From Octopus bimaculoides (taxonomy: Eukaryota), in the NCBI RefSeq assembly GCF_001194135.2, contig NC_068990.1:25707354-25771353 (forward strand): a stretch of DNA of 64,000 bases. The letters are read 5' to 3'. The notes beneath the pieces are model-generated. The model made no database searches. It was not told where the DNA came from and saw nothing but the letters and a program-made list of their open reading frames with translations. Shown here in pieces: positions 26,436 to 38,974 of this stretch. The stretch's first letter is position 1, and the number at the start of each line of letters is the position of its first letter. Both the position numbers and the translations under genes were made by a program.

Positions 26436-28833
26436 ATTTTCGAATCGACATGGGGAGTTTGTTTCCCCTGTCAACATGTCTGCATTCTTCCTACAGCATT
26501 GAGTATTTTAACTCTTATTTCTAGCAATGTAGGTGTGTCGGCTCCCTTAGTTACACTTAGTGATTATATGTTTGCGTGTGTCTATGCCTTCTAAGATACA
26601 TGAAATAAGAAAGTCCTTACTTTTAAAATAGATAAGTGCATCTGGCAAAACATTTTTATGTTGTCAGGTTTTCTATGCTAGCAAGCCTTGAGGGGATTTG
26701 GTAGACGGAAACTAAAAGAAGCCCATTGTATATACACACACATATATGTGTGTGTCTGTCCCCCACCATCAGCAAAAGCCTAGCCCTTAATTGAATAAGT
26801 TCCAGGCTTCAAAAAATTCTGGAGTCGATTTATTCAACTGAAATTCTTCAAAGTGGTGACCCAGCATGACCACAGCCTAATAACTGGAGATAGCAAAAGA
26901 CTAATACGGTTAAATGTATTATAAAGTTTGCTATGGTTGCCCCCCACCCTGCTTCAACATTATTTTACTGTTGAGATGGAGGACTTAATACAAGGAACTG
27001 GTTAACAAGACAAAAAAGCATAATGGAAGAAGGAACAAATAAACAACAAAGAATATACTAAAAAAAAAAGCATTTAGCTCTTTTATTGAAAATAAAAATT
27101 TAATTTTAGCTTATATAATTAACAATAATTGGATAACATTTGCATTGGAAGTTTGAAATGAACAGTAAATATTTTTTTACCTTTATGCTTTCAGACTATC
27201 AAAAATTAAAAAAAAAACAAAATTTGTATTTTTTTTTTTAGTAAAATCTTAATATTCTTCAGTGTGGAGAAAAAAAAAACTAGAACTCCGGTAAGAAATG
27301 ACATAGGTGTTTTGAATATAAACCTTTTGTTTCCCCTGTTGTTATGGTTCTTACAGTAGAATGTGGGCCCAGCATTGAGTGGGAAGAGAGATTACAGGAA
27401 GTTAATGTTGCACAAAGGATTTGGTAAGAAATATAGTGCAACCGTGAGATTGCACTTTTTGATTAAAGACTAAAAAAAAGTAGTAATGTTGGAGTGATTA
27501 CTTTTGCAAATGAGGAAAGAATTTACTTTCAAACTTAGGATTACACAAGCAGCATTTATTCAGGTGTAAGAAAGAATGGAACCAGTCAGGATCTCCTACA
27601 ACAGAAAACAAAAAAAAGGTTATTATAATTTGCAAAGAAAGTCTGAGAGACGATTGTTGATAAGGCAGCAGTTATTTAATAGTAACTGTGATTTTTAAGG
27701 GCTTTGGTTAACCCTTTTGTTATCACCCAAGCCTGCTCCTGTTTCTATGATACCAACTTCCTGTTTTAAAGTGATCTAAATTAAAAAAAAACAACCTTCC
27801 ATTAAAATCTCATGCTAATTTATGTTCCAAGCTGAATAATGACAAAATTATTTCAATAAATTGAAACAAAGGCAGTGTATTTCAACAGAAATCATCACCA
27901 TTTAACATCCATTTTTCCATGCTGGTATGGGTTGGACAATTCAACAAGAGCTGGTGAACTAGGGGACTACACCACGTTGCAATGTCTGCTTTAGCATAAT
28001 TTCTACAACTGGATCATCATCATTATCATCATCGTTTAACGTCCGCTTTCCATGCTAGCATGGGTTGGACGATTTGACTGAGGACTGGTGTCCAACCATT
28101 TTACAGAATATAACTGGGTGCTTTTTATGTGGTACCAACACCAGTGAGGTCGCCAAGTAACTCACAAGACTCCTTCAACTGCAGTGGGTGTAGTATTGAG
28201 GCAGGTGGCTGCATGCCAAGCGATGAGAGGTTCAAGTATGACAGAGGACAGGAACAGGTGTCTTATGGTAACAAAAGGGTTAAAATGATAGAAATTAAAA
28301 CCTGCCATCAAGCTTTCATGTTAATTTATGTTCCAAATACCAGTTCACGAATAAGAAAGTTATTTTTTTCTAAATTCTTCATTATTTACAAAATGAAATG
28401 AAACAAAGGTAGCATATTTGAAAAGAATATAGCAACAAAAGCATTAAGAATAATAAAATTTACATGCGACAGACTGCAAGAAGAAATTTATGCTGTTAAA
28501 ATGTAGAGTTTATGTAATAGGTTAGAAAATAAAAACAAAATGAAAACGAAACGAAACAAAAAAAAGGTTAAAAAATGAAACACTAGGAATGAGTCATTGA
28601 AGGGAAGATGTTTGATTTTAAGCACAGCTATTTCCAATTTACATACAAAAACTAAAGAAATGGTATTTTTATTTGATTTTCAAGAAGACATATCTTGTTG
28701 TTCCAAGACAACTGCATTGAACATAAATCGCCATCAGCATCCAATATAACTGCTGAGTATAAAATATCAATAGAGAGGAGGGTGTGATTGATTGGTTGTA
28801 AACGATAAGAGGCTGTAAACTTGTACCAATGCA

Positions 28834-28982
28834 AAAGCTTGGAAGACAAGAGAGCAACGTTGAATATGACAAAAATAAACAGAGTGGTGAAACGGAGACA
28901 AGCTAACCTGACGGCTTATCTTTTAACTATTTAAAACTCGGTTATCTCCCTTGGTTGATCATATTTCCAGCAGGTTCTATGA
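28834..28982 (+). repeat. ~145-bp unique segment, copy 1 of a local direct duplication
   Basis: aaagcttggaagacaagagagcaacg...ccagcaggttctatga recurs at 30841-30983. Confidence 0.9.
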
Positions 28983-30840
28983 GATGGCATCACAGATGAG
29001 GAGGTGGAGGAGGAGCAGGCTTGGATTTTTATAGTTAAACTGTCTGCACTCAGTGTTATTAGATGTCGATAAGAATGAGAAGAAAGGAAACCACATGTTT
29101 ATATTATATATTTATAAATTTACATCTATGTAAGGGTCAGTTTCTTGAGAGAAGCTGACAGTTCGGTGAGTAGAGTTACAAAAAGGCAAACGAAAATATA
29201 GAGAAGTCAAAAAAATAATAGCATCTGCTTTGACTGTCAAATGTCATTTTAAATAAAGGAATTGTCTTAAAAAAATGCCCAGAAGGCCAGAGTAAATTGT
29301 ATTACTAGATTTAGCTCAGGTAGGGGGAAGACATTTAAACACAGGTGATACGAGTTAGAAAATCTAGTTACAAGCTTGTTATGTAAATATCCACAGCTCT
29401 TGTGTTAAAGGGAAAAGTAAATAAATACTTGTCTTAAACATGTAATAATATAAATGGATATTATTGTCTTTTTGGTAAGTTAGCACTATGTATGTTGATA
29501 ATGAAGCAATGCTGAAATATTCTAATGCAGATTAAACCAAGTCCATGCCAGAAGAGAAAAAGGTTAATAATAATAATAATAATAATAATAATCCTTTTCT
29601 ATGATAGACACGAGGTCTGAAATTTTGGGTTGGAGGCTAGTTGATTTCACTGACTCCAGGGTTCAACTGGTACTTATTTTATTGACCTGAATGTAAAAAG
29701 CACCATTTGAGTGAGGTTAATGCTAGTGCCGCCTGACTGGCCCCCATGCCAGTGGCACTTAAGAAGCACCATTCGAGCGTGGTTGATGCCAGTGCTGTCT
29801 GACTGATCCGCATGCAGGTGGCATGTAAAAAGCACCCACTACACTCTCGGAGTGGTTTTGCGTTAGGAAGGGCATCCAGCTGTAGAAACCTTGCCAGATC
29901 AGATTGGAGCCTGGTGCAGCCTCCTGGCTTGCCAGTCCTCAGTCAAACCCATGCCAGCATGGAAAGTGGAAGTTATACGATGATGATGATAATGAAAGGC
30001 AAAGTCAACTTCAGTAGAATTTGAACTCAGAATATAGAGTGCCAGAAGAAATGCTGCTAAGCATTTTGTCCAACGACAGCTTTAGATGTAAAAGCAGCAC
30101 AAGGCTATAAATTAGTGGAGGAGGGAGGAGTAATTGATTAAACCAAGCCCAGTACGTGACTGGTACTTTATTGACTCTGGAAGAATGAAAGATGAACTCT
30201 TTAAGAAGTTGTATGCGCATAAAGGTCTTGAGATGAAATTTGATTTTTCTGAGGAAATTTGTATAATGAAACAACTTTTGTATAATGAAACAACTTTTGC
30301 ACACAAACAAATTTCCATGCAAGCATGATGGCTGTGAGGGTAAGAAGTTTGCTCCCGAACAATGTGAATACAGGTTCAATCCCACTGCATAGCACCTTGG
30401 GTAAGTGTCTTCTACTTTAGCCTGGGCTGACCAAAAACTTGGGAGTGGATTTGGTAGAAGGAAACTGAAAGACCTTCATCTGCGTGTGTGTGTCCTTGTT
30501 TTGATATTGTGTGATAGCTGTAAATGAGTGTCACTGTTATACAAGCAGTGTCATTCATTTCCAGTATTCTGCGAGACCATGTCTGGCTTTGGGGGAACAG
30601 GTAAGGGTTGGTGGCAGGAAGAGCATCAGGTCATAGAAAAATCTGCCTCAAGTTTTGTCCAACTCATGCAAGCATGGAAAAGTGGACATCAAAACAAATA
30701 TAATGATCTCAAACAAAAAATGTGGTAGTGGTGGTGGGGGGGACACTGACCACAAGCTATTTTGTAATTTTTCACAATGTCTCCCAACCTATGTAAAAAA
30801 AGGAAATCAATTTAATACCTGACTGGTCCCAGAAATATAT

Positions 30841-30983
30841 AAAGCTTGGAAGGCAAGAGAGCAACGTTGAATATGACAAAAATAAACAAGAGTGGTGAAA
30901 CAGAGACAAGCTAACCTGACGGCTTATCTTTTTAAACCTCGGTTATCTCCCTTGGTTGATCATATTTCCAGCAGGTTCTATGA
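30841..30983 (+). repeat. ~145-bp unique segment, copy 2
   Basis: Few substitutions and one short indel relative to 28834-28982. Confidence 0.9.
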
Positions 30984-31361
30984 CCCCCGACATTTGTGCT
31001 CTAATGATTCTGCCAAAACACCATCCTATTGAAGCAAACAATCATCATCATCATCATCTTTTAACGTCCATTGTCCATGGGTTGGACGATTTGACCAGGA
31101 CTGGTAAGCTGGGGGGGGGGGAGTTACACTAGACTCCAGTCTGATTTGGCAATAACCCTTTCTACTGACGGCACAGTAGGGGGCGGAGGGTTAGTGCTCA
31201 ACTGGTACTTTATTTTATTGACCCTAAAAGGATGAAAGGCAAAGTCCACCTCGGTGGCATCTGGATTCAGAGCAGGAAGAAATGCTGCTAAGCATTTTGC
31301 CCAGCATCCTAATGATTCTGCCAATCTATTGTAATAATAATATTTCCAAATTTTATATATA

Positions 31362-31733
31362 CAGTAGAACCCCGCAGTACGAGTGCACCATTGTACATGT
31401 AATTTGCCGTACAAGCTGAGACTCGTGCAAATTTTTGTCTTGGAGTACAAGTGGAAATCCGCAATTCGAGCACACAGATTGTCCCATCAGTTAAAACCAG
31501 CTTACATATTTTTCTTTTGCATTCTCTTTTTTATAATTGTCATTTGACTTCTAACTACACCTTTTTCTGTTTTAAAACCCATAAAAAATTATTTTTGAGT
31601 GGTTTTGGTGGGTTGGAATGGATTAATTATATTTTAGTTAATTTCAATGAGGAAAACCGATTTGTAAAATGAGTAAATCGTAAGATGAGCTTGGTCATGG
31701 AACGAATTAAACTCGTACTCCAAGATATCACTA
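31362..31733. mobile_element. Tigger/pogo-type MITE
   Basis: TA|CAGTAGAACCCCGCAGTACGAGT ... ACTCGTACTCCAAGATATCACTA; subterminal ggaatggattaat / ggaacgaattaaactcgta typical of Tigger MITEs. Confidence 0.7.
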
Positions 31734-33052
31734 TTTTCCATCAACCAAATTTATTCACAAGGCTTTGGTAGAAAATCAAAGTTGTCATGTAGTGGGAGTG
31801 AACCTGAAACCCAGTGGTTGGGAGACAAACTTCTAAACAACACAGCTACGTATGGTTCTTAAGGCAGAACCTGTTGAGTTGCAGGAATATATTTACAATA
31901 GTATAATGAGAAAGAGAGAGAGAGTGAGAGAAGAGGGGAACTAAGACCAAAGAATAATCTGACATAAAAATCAAGAGATGAATTAGAGAGATTCTGGAAA
32001 ATGGCTCTTTTCAGTTTGAAGATAAGGAAAAAGGTAAGTATTTGGTAGTGTTCTGAGTGTGAACAGGGAACAGATACAAAATGTTGCTGTGGAATCTCTG
32101 GGAGAATAATGCAAGAGAACCAGGACTTCAGAATCAAGTGTGAAGGAGTAAAGTGGTTGGTGCTGGGAAGGGCATCTGGCCATAGAAACAATGCCAAAGC
32201 AGTCCTTGGGCCCATCGGATCTTGTCAAAAATGTCCAACCCATAACAACATGGAACATGGATGTTAAGAGATGATAGTGACGATGATGATAGTGGTGGTG
32301 AGTACCTAACAAATGAAGTTATCCAGTAAGTGTTCAGACATCTTACTTGATGTAGTTTGTGTTAGTCTGGGGATCTAATAAGAACTGGAAGTGGGTAAAT
32401 TAAAAACTTAGTTTCTGAAATAAGTAAAGAATGGAAATGGTTCAGAAAGCTGTTTTATTTGTTAGAAACAAAAAAGATTTTGTTTGTTTGTAGAAACTGC
32501 AGGCTGTGACAAGATCTTATTAAAAAAATCTAATGGTTGGTGTATTAAATGTGGAAGATCTGCAGGGAACAGGAGGGCCAATAAGGAAGACATGATTTGA
32601 ATAAAAGTGAGTTGAAAGAGGTGTCGTTAAATGCAGGGGATGACTGCATTGGTATAAAAGATGTGATGCGAATAAGTATGGGTGTGGAAGAAGATGAAAG
32701 AGAAGAATGAAAAGAACTGGTGTGATTGGATCTCAGAATATCAAGGGTTAAAGATGGAGATGATGAAGGATCAGAATGTGTGGTGACAGACAGTTTGACA
32801 AATTCACTAAACTCATGGAAACATGGATGCTAAAATGGTGATGATTATTAGAGATGGAAATGTTGGATATCTGGGTAGACTCATGTGATAAGTACCTGGT
32901 GGTTTGTCTAATAGAGGAACATTATACATTTACTTCAGGATTTCAACTGATTTGGTTAACCTCATTAAGGAGTCAGTCACTTCTGCTAATTAAAACATTT
33001 ACATAGATGCAGAGAGAGAGAGGAGGAAAGAGAATGATCTGGTTGTTTGTAC

Positions 33053-33175
33053 CTTATTGTGTTGCAATTCATCTGTCCAGTTATGTTTGGCAATCTCTGG
33101 GATGACAGATTTGAGGATGTTTTCAGCTTTTACAGCATTTTCTTTGAAAGTCTTCAGAACAGTATCAACTGAAAC
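33053..33175 (-). CDS. MTAP: MTAP exon (123 nt; equivalent of human exon 7)
   Basis: atttag acceptor, AAG|gtacaa donor; VSVDTVLKTFKENAVKAENILKSVIPEIAKHNWTDELQHNK, with no stop before the donor. Confidence 0.93.
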
Positions 33176-34074
33176 CTAAATATTAATACCAAAAGAAAAA
33201 ACCTTTCAAGAATGTCCTTAATTTATTTTCAACAGCAAAATAGAAACACCCAACCCCTAACAATAATCTATAAAAAAATATAACATGTTTTGCTCTATAT
33301 CATATTTTAACTTCCCAACACCTTGGCATAAAGCTACCTTCCCACACTTAATTGAAGGAATTTTCCCCATTACTTGTTATTTGGTGAACTCACTAGTGCC
33401 AATGGCACAAGGAAAAGTGCCCAGAACACAGTGTAAAGTGGTTGATATTAGGAAGAATATTCAACCAAAAAAAGAATGCCAAAGCTGTTGTTACACCCAG
33501 TAAATCCTACAGAACACAGTTCTCACCAGCCTCTTCATTTAATGTCCTCCGTCCATGCTGGCATGGGTTGGGCAGTCCGACAGGATATCTGATGAGCCAG
33601 AGGACAATGTCGAGCTCCAATATCTGCTTTGGCATGATTTTAACAAATGGATGTCCTTCCTAATGACAATCATTTTACAGAGTGTATTTGGTGCTTTTTT
33701 TCACACAAAAGAAAGAAAAAGACACCTCAATTCAGTGTTGGTGGGAGAGTAATGGAGAAGTTGGTGACTTTGTGTTGAGTTTTGAGAGGCTAAAATAAAT
33801 ATAAGGGATAAACTTCTTTCCTCTGTTAATGAAGGTTGCCTCCGCCATTACCAGCAGCAAACAGCACTCTGTGTCTCTCTCAGAGGCCACTTCTATCCTC
33901 CGCGATGTGGTCACTTGTGTCCTGTAGACCAGGGTTCTTTTTCTTTTCTGTTCTACACTTCGGGAGGGAACACCTTCAACGCTGTCCCCTCCTTCTGAAT
34001 AAACTGTTGACTTGCATCCAGCATTTCCTGGTTAATTTGTAGTGTTTTCACCTCTAACGAGGCAGTGGCTAAAC

Positions 34075-34395
34075 TGGCACTCAGGTATGATGACAAGTAT
34101 TCCAATTAATCTGATCAATGGAAACAGCCTGCTTGTGGAATGATCATGCATGTAGCTGAGCACTCCACAGACACATGTACTCTTAATGTAGTTCTTGGGG
34201 AGATTCAACATGACACAGAGTATGACAAGGCTGGCCCTTTGAAATACAGGTACAACACATTTTTGTTAGCTGAGTGGACTGGAGCAATGTGAAATAAAGT
34301 GTCTTGCTCAAGGACACAGTGCACCACTGGGTATCGAACTCACGACCTTACGATCATGAGCTAAATATCCTAACCATTAAGCCATGTGCCTTCAC
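34075..34395 (-). mobile_element. SINE sharing the family-3 3' half but with a different head/core
   Basis: 34075-34250 aligns to 48222-48400; the remainder (gtgtccttgagcaagacac...ttgctccagtccactcagct on the minus strand) does not. Confidence 0.7.
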
Positions 34396-34663
34396 AGAAG
34401 CTAATCCATAGTATAGAAGTGTGAGTGGGAAAGGGAGATAAGGGGGGGTGATGAGGTGCCAGGGTTTACTCTCAGTACAAGGAGAAAGAGAGAAAATAGG
34501 GGCAGAGAATTTGAAAGAATGGGTGGGTAGGTAGGTTCATGGCAATGTAAAAGTAAAGTGATAGATGGTTCGAGGTGGGGGAGAGAGGGGGATGCAACAA
34601 TAAATAAAAGAGTAAACAAAAAACAAATAAAGAGATAAGCTAAATGAAGCTCTCAATACTTAC

Positions 34664-34750
34664 ACCATCTTCGTTCTCTCTCCAACTGTCATAGTCAGTG
34701 ACTAGAGCAATGCTAGAATAACACATGGCCAACTCCTTTGCCAATATCAC
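34664..34750 (-). CDS. MTAP: MTAP exon (87 nt; 3' part of human exon 6)
   Basis: tttttag acceptor, GGT|gtaagt donor; VILAKELAMCYSSIALVTDYDSWRENEDG, with the catalytic DYD motif. Confidence 0.95.
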
Positions 34751-35099
34751 CTAAAAAAATAAATATTATTCATGAAATAAAATGGTCCCGGGAATATTAA
34801 TATCAAATAACCTAAAAACTAAACTTTAAACATTTAGTAACGATTTGTAATTAAGTCACCAGCCCCTTTTGAAGCAGTGGGAGAAGAGATCTCCTTGTTG
34901 TAAAACAGATGAGGGTTAGCAACAGGAAGGTATCCAGCTATAAATACAATGTTTTGATGATATATTTGTCCACCTCATGTTAGCACAAGTAAATGGACAG
35001 AGAAAAAAAAAAAAGTTACTAATTCAAAATTCTTCAAAATTTAGCAACAAACAGAAGTAAAAAAACCATAAAGAAGAAAACAAAATGCCATCCACTGAC

Positions 35100-35252
35100 C
35101 TCCGGAACTGTTGTCATATTGATAATATGACCTCCCCAAGTTCGGAACATTTTACTTTCAGCTCTAGTTGAGAATCTTGGCCCTTCAATTGTCACCACAG
35201 TGCCAGTAGGATGTGTCTTGTAACCCAGTTTTGTTGACGTATCATGCAGAAG
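35100..35252 (-). CDS. MTAP: MTAP exon (153 nt; 5' part of human exon 6)
   Basis: tttacag acceptor, GAG|gtcagt donor; [51 protein letters not shown]. Confidence 0.97.
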
Positions 35253-35673
35253 CTGTAAAGTACAAACACTGAAAGATATATATATTTGTGTGTGTGTGTG
35301 TGTGTGTGTGATAAGAGAAATTATAGAAAGAACACATCTAGGCAATCAATACAAATTCCAAAGAATACTTTAAAGCACTCAACGAAATAAATATTCATTT
35401 AAATTTATAGAAATAAACAAATAGAATTACATGTAAAAGTTATATGTGAAAACTATGCATCATGTAGGTTGGGGTTCACATACCAAATGGAGAAGGGACA
35501 ACTACACAGATAAAAATTCAAGGTAAGGGCTTCCGAAAGGAAATGTTCCAATCGATTAAGAATTTGGTGTTTATACGAGTTATTGGATGAGAGTTCAAAA
35601 CTTAAAAATTCGGAGGTAAATAAATTTGTTAAATATTATATAAGATAATGTACAAACTCGGGGTTAAGGGATA

Positions 35674-35708
35674 TCATCTACGGCCGTTTCAGAGGTACAT
35701 TAAATGTA
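35674..35708 (-). ncRNA. Truncated hammerhead remnant (3' half only)
   Basis: Minus strand: TACATTTAATGTA hairpin, then GAAAC ggcc GTA-GATGA with palindromic ACGGCCGT; the CTGANGA half is missing. Confidence 0.45.
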
Positions 35709-37260
35709 TAAATGGTGTTTTAAGTATTCCATATGCAAAAACATAATGCCCCCCTCATCACGATGGTTTCCTTTGTGATGTGTGTCTGTATATGTATATA
35801 TATATATACAGACACACANNNNNNNNNNNNNNNNNNNNNNNNNNNNNNNNNNNNNNNNNNNNNNNNNNNNNNNNNNNNNNNNNNNNNNNNNNNNNNNNNN
35901 NNNNNNNNNNATATACGTAAAAAGCACCATTCGAACGTGATCGTTACCAGTGTTGCCTTACTGGCACATGTGCCAGTGGCACGTGAAAAACAACATTTGA
36001 GTGTGGTCGTTGCCAGTGCCACCGGGCTGGATACTGTGCAGGTAGCACGTAAAAAACACCTTTCAAGCGTGGTCATTGCCAGAACCGCCTGACTGGCCCT
36101 CGTGCTGGTGGCACATAAAAGCACCCACTACACTCTCGGAGTGTTTGGCGTTAGGAATGGCATCCAGATTGGAGCCTGGTGCAGCTCTCTGGCTAGCTAG
36201 CTCCTCTCAAACCATCCAACCCATGCCAGCACGGAAAATGGACGTTAAATGATGATGACAACTGCATATTAAAGGATAATTCACTTCACTGCCATTTGCA
36301 TATCAGCTCAAACAATGCAACTCAAGATACGAGACTATGAGTCCTGTATGTTATCTTATAAGGATCGTAGACATATTTTTCTTCAGTTGCTAGTCCTGGA
36401 GAAAGGACCAATGCTTATGCCCTTTGCAGTTACCCCTGCGCCGGACAGGCGAGAGACTGATGCTTTTAATGTTCCTCTTGGATCATTGCAAGTCAATATT
36501 TGTGGGAAAGGCATCAGCAGACAGGGAGTTCTATAAGGATATTGGTCCGGGGAAGAAGGATGGGGTACACTGGTTAGTCTGTGTAGGGGACACAGACGAG
36601 TTCGGCACAACATAGCAGACAAAGGGAGACAAGTGGGGTATGAAGGCATTAATTTAGCCACTTCTGAGGATCAGAGGCCATTACAGCAGTGATAGAGAAT
36701 ACCATTAAAGAAAGGACACAACATGCCTGTGGAGCAGAGGGTGTGGCATGTCGGTGAGTCAAACAGAAAAGGATGGCCCTTTTCTGTAAGCAACAGTGGC
36801 AGCACTGGCCCACAGTGAAAGCAACACTCCATTGTGGACCTTGTTTTTTTTCTAGAGTACTACTAATAATAATAATGATTTCAAATTTTAGCACAAGACC
36901 AGCAATTTTGGGGGATGGTGTAAGTTGATTACATCAATTCCATAATGTTCAACTGGGACTTACTTTATTGACCTCCAAAAGGACAGAAGACAAAGATGAC
37001 CTCAGTGGAATTTGAACTCAGAATTTGTCCGGTGTGCAAATGATTCTGCCAGCTCACCACCTTAATAATTATTAGGGACTGAAATATCTTCTGACCCTGA
37101 AGAGAAGGACCAGTGACTGGGGATGTGATCCTAGTTATGTTAACCTATTCGATACCAACCTAAGTTATTTTACTAAATTCTTTGTTGTATTTAAAATTAA
37201 TTGAAAGAAACACAGAACATCTCAACAGAAATATGGTAACAAAAGGGTTAAAGTCACCAG

Positions 37261-38079
37261 CTCTGACTCTCTAGTACAAATGTCTTGTTTTCATAAGTTT
37301 TGAATTAAAATCTTCCACCAAACCGTAGTCACAATTTATGTTCCTAACACTAGCTTAATGATAACTAAGTTATTTTACTAAATTCTTTGTTATATTTAAA
37401 GTAATTGAAAGAAACACAGAGCATCTCAATATGTATATGGTAACAAAAGAGTTAAGGATGTGCTTCCACCAGAAGGGAGGAGGAGGAGGAGCCACTGCCA
37501 CCACCACCATCATCCTTATTTTGTGGGGGAGGTTAGTACATGAGACGGGGATGGGCAACGGTTCCGTGCCAGGTGTTGAGAAGCCGACAGTAGAGTGAGA
37601 TGGAAAGACAAATGCAGATGGCTTGTAACAGAGATACAAGGCTGAGTGGCTGGAAAGAAGACGGATGTGTCGGTGGAATGTTGGAGTATCTCAAGATAAA
37701 GTGGATTGCAGAAGGGTGTATGTAGTGAGTAATGGTGAGAGGTATAGAAGCGTTTTGGGGGGGGAGTCTATGGTAAGTGGGGTGTGATGGTAGACATCAG
37801 AAGGCATTGAGGGTGTAAGCAGGCTGATGCTGGAACCCAGCTTCAGAAGAGATTCCAAGAACTCTAAAATGGTTGCTGCTCATAGTTAACCTTTTCGTTA
37901 CTGCATTTCTGTTGAGATGCTCCGTGTTTCTTTCAATTACTTTAAATATAACAAAGAATTTAGTAAAATATCTTAGTTATCATCAGCTAGTGTTAGGAAC
38001 ATAAATTGTGACTAAGGTTTGGTGGAAGATTTTAATTCAGAACTTATGAAAACAAGACATTTATACTAGAGAGTCAGAG
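37261..38079. repeat. Inverted pair of piggyBac-like MITE fragments (37261-37455 / 37886-38079)
   Basis: ~195-bp arms are reverse complements; TTAA-bounded ends face a 430-bp spacer. Confidence 0.8.
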
Positions 38080-38733
38080 GCGGTTTTGAGGCAGGTTGGT
38101 ATGACAAGGGTTAAGGGAGTGATGTGATGAAGATTTTCCCATATGAATAACATTTGAGTTTTCTTGCTGTAAAAAGAGATAGGACTGACTTATTCCCATG
38201 GGAAGATGCTGTTGAGGTCTCTGTTTACAGAAAAAATAGTGTTTGATGTGAAGTATCAAGGTTGCGTATGAGTGATGCATGGTCGGGAAAGGATAGCATT
38301 GACTGCGGCCATGCTGTGGCACCACTTTAAAGGGTTTAGTCAAATCAATTGACCCCAGTACTTACAATTTTTTAAGTCTGACACTTGTTCCATTGGTCTC
38401 TTTTGCCAAACTGTATTTATTTGCATGTGAGTATCTTTTATCTGTCCCTACCTCCACCGCTTGACTACCAGTGTTGGTTTGTTTACATTCCTGTAACTTA
38501 GCAGTTCAGCAAAAGAGACCGATAGAATAAGTACTAGGCTTACAAAAAAAAATTTGTTTCACTAAACACTACAGGGCTGTGCCCCATCATGGCTGCAGCC
38601 CAAGAATGAAACAAGTAAAAGATATATGATAATGACCCCACCCCCAATAATTATGAAATAATTATTAGTGACAGAAGCAGTATTAATATCAGAAAGCAAT
38701 CTTTACATCCAACTTAATGCAGATGCTGTAATA

Positions 38734-38966
38734 CAGGGTGTGGCAGAATGGTTGCCCTGATTTCAAAGGTTAATAAAAAACAAACACGTAAAGACACAAG
38801 AAAGAACTTTGCATTTCTATGAAGTCCATTAAATGCCATTTTTTATTCCTGTTTCAGGTAGTTCCTACCATGGTCTGGAGTGGAGAGCATCGTTTTTTCC
38901 TTGTATCTTCATGTGTTTGTTTTTTATTAACCTTTGAAATCAGGGCAAACTTTCTGTCACACTTTG
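38734..38966. mobile_element. Tc1/mariner-type MITE, ~70-bp TIRs, TA TSD
   Basis: TA|CAGGGTGTGGCAGAATGGTTGCCCTGATTTCAAAGGTTAATAAAAAACAAACAC.. mirrored by ..GTGTTTGTTTTTTATTAACCTTTGAAATCAGGGCAAACTTTCTGTCACACTTTG|TA. Confidence 0.85.
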
Positions 38967-38974
38967 TACTACTT

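Noticed and set aside
33589-33625. CTGATGAG within a LINE-UTR copy
   Set aside because: No downstream GAAA; a chance variant of the repeat.
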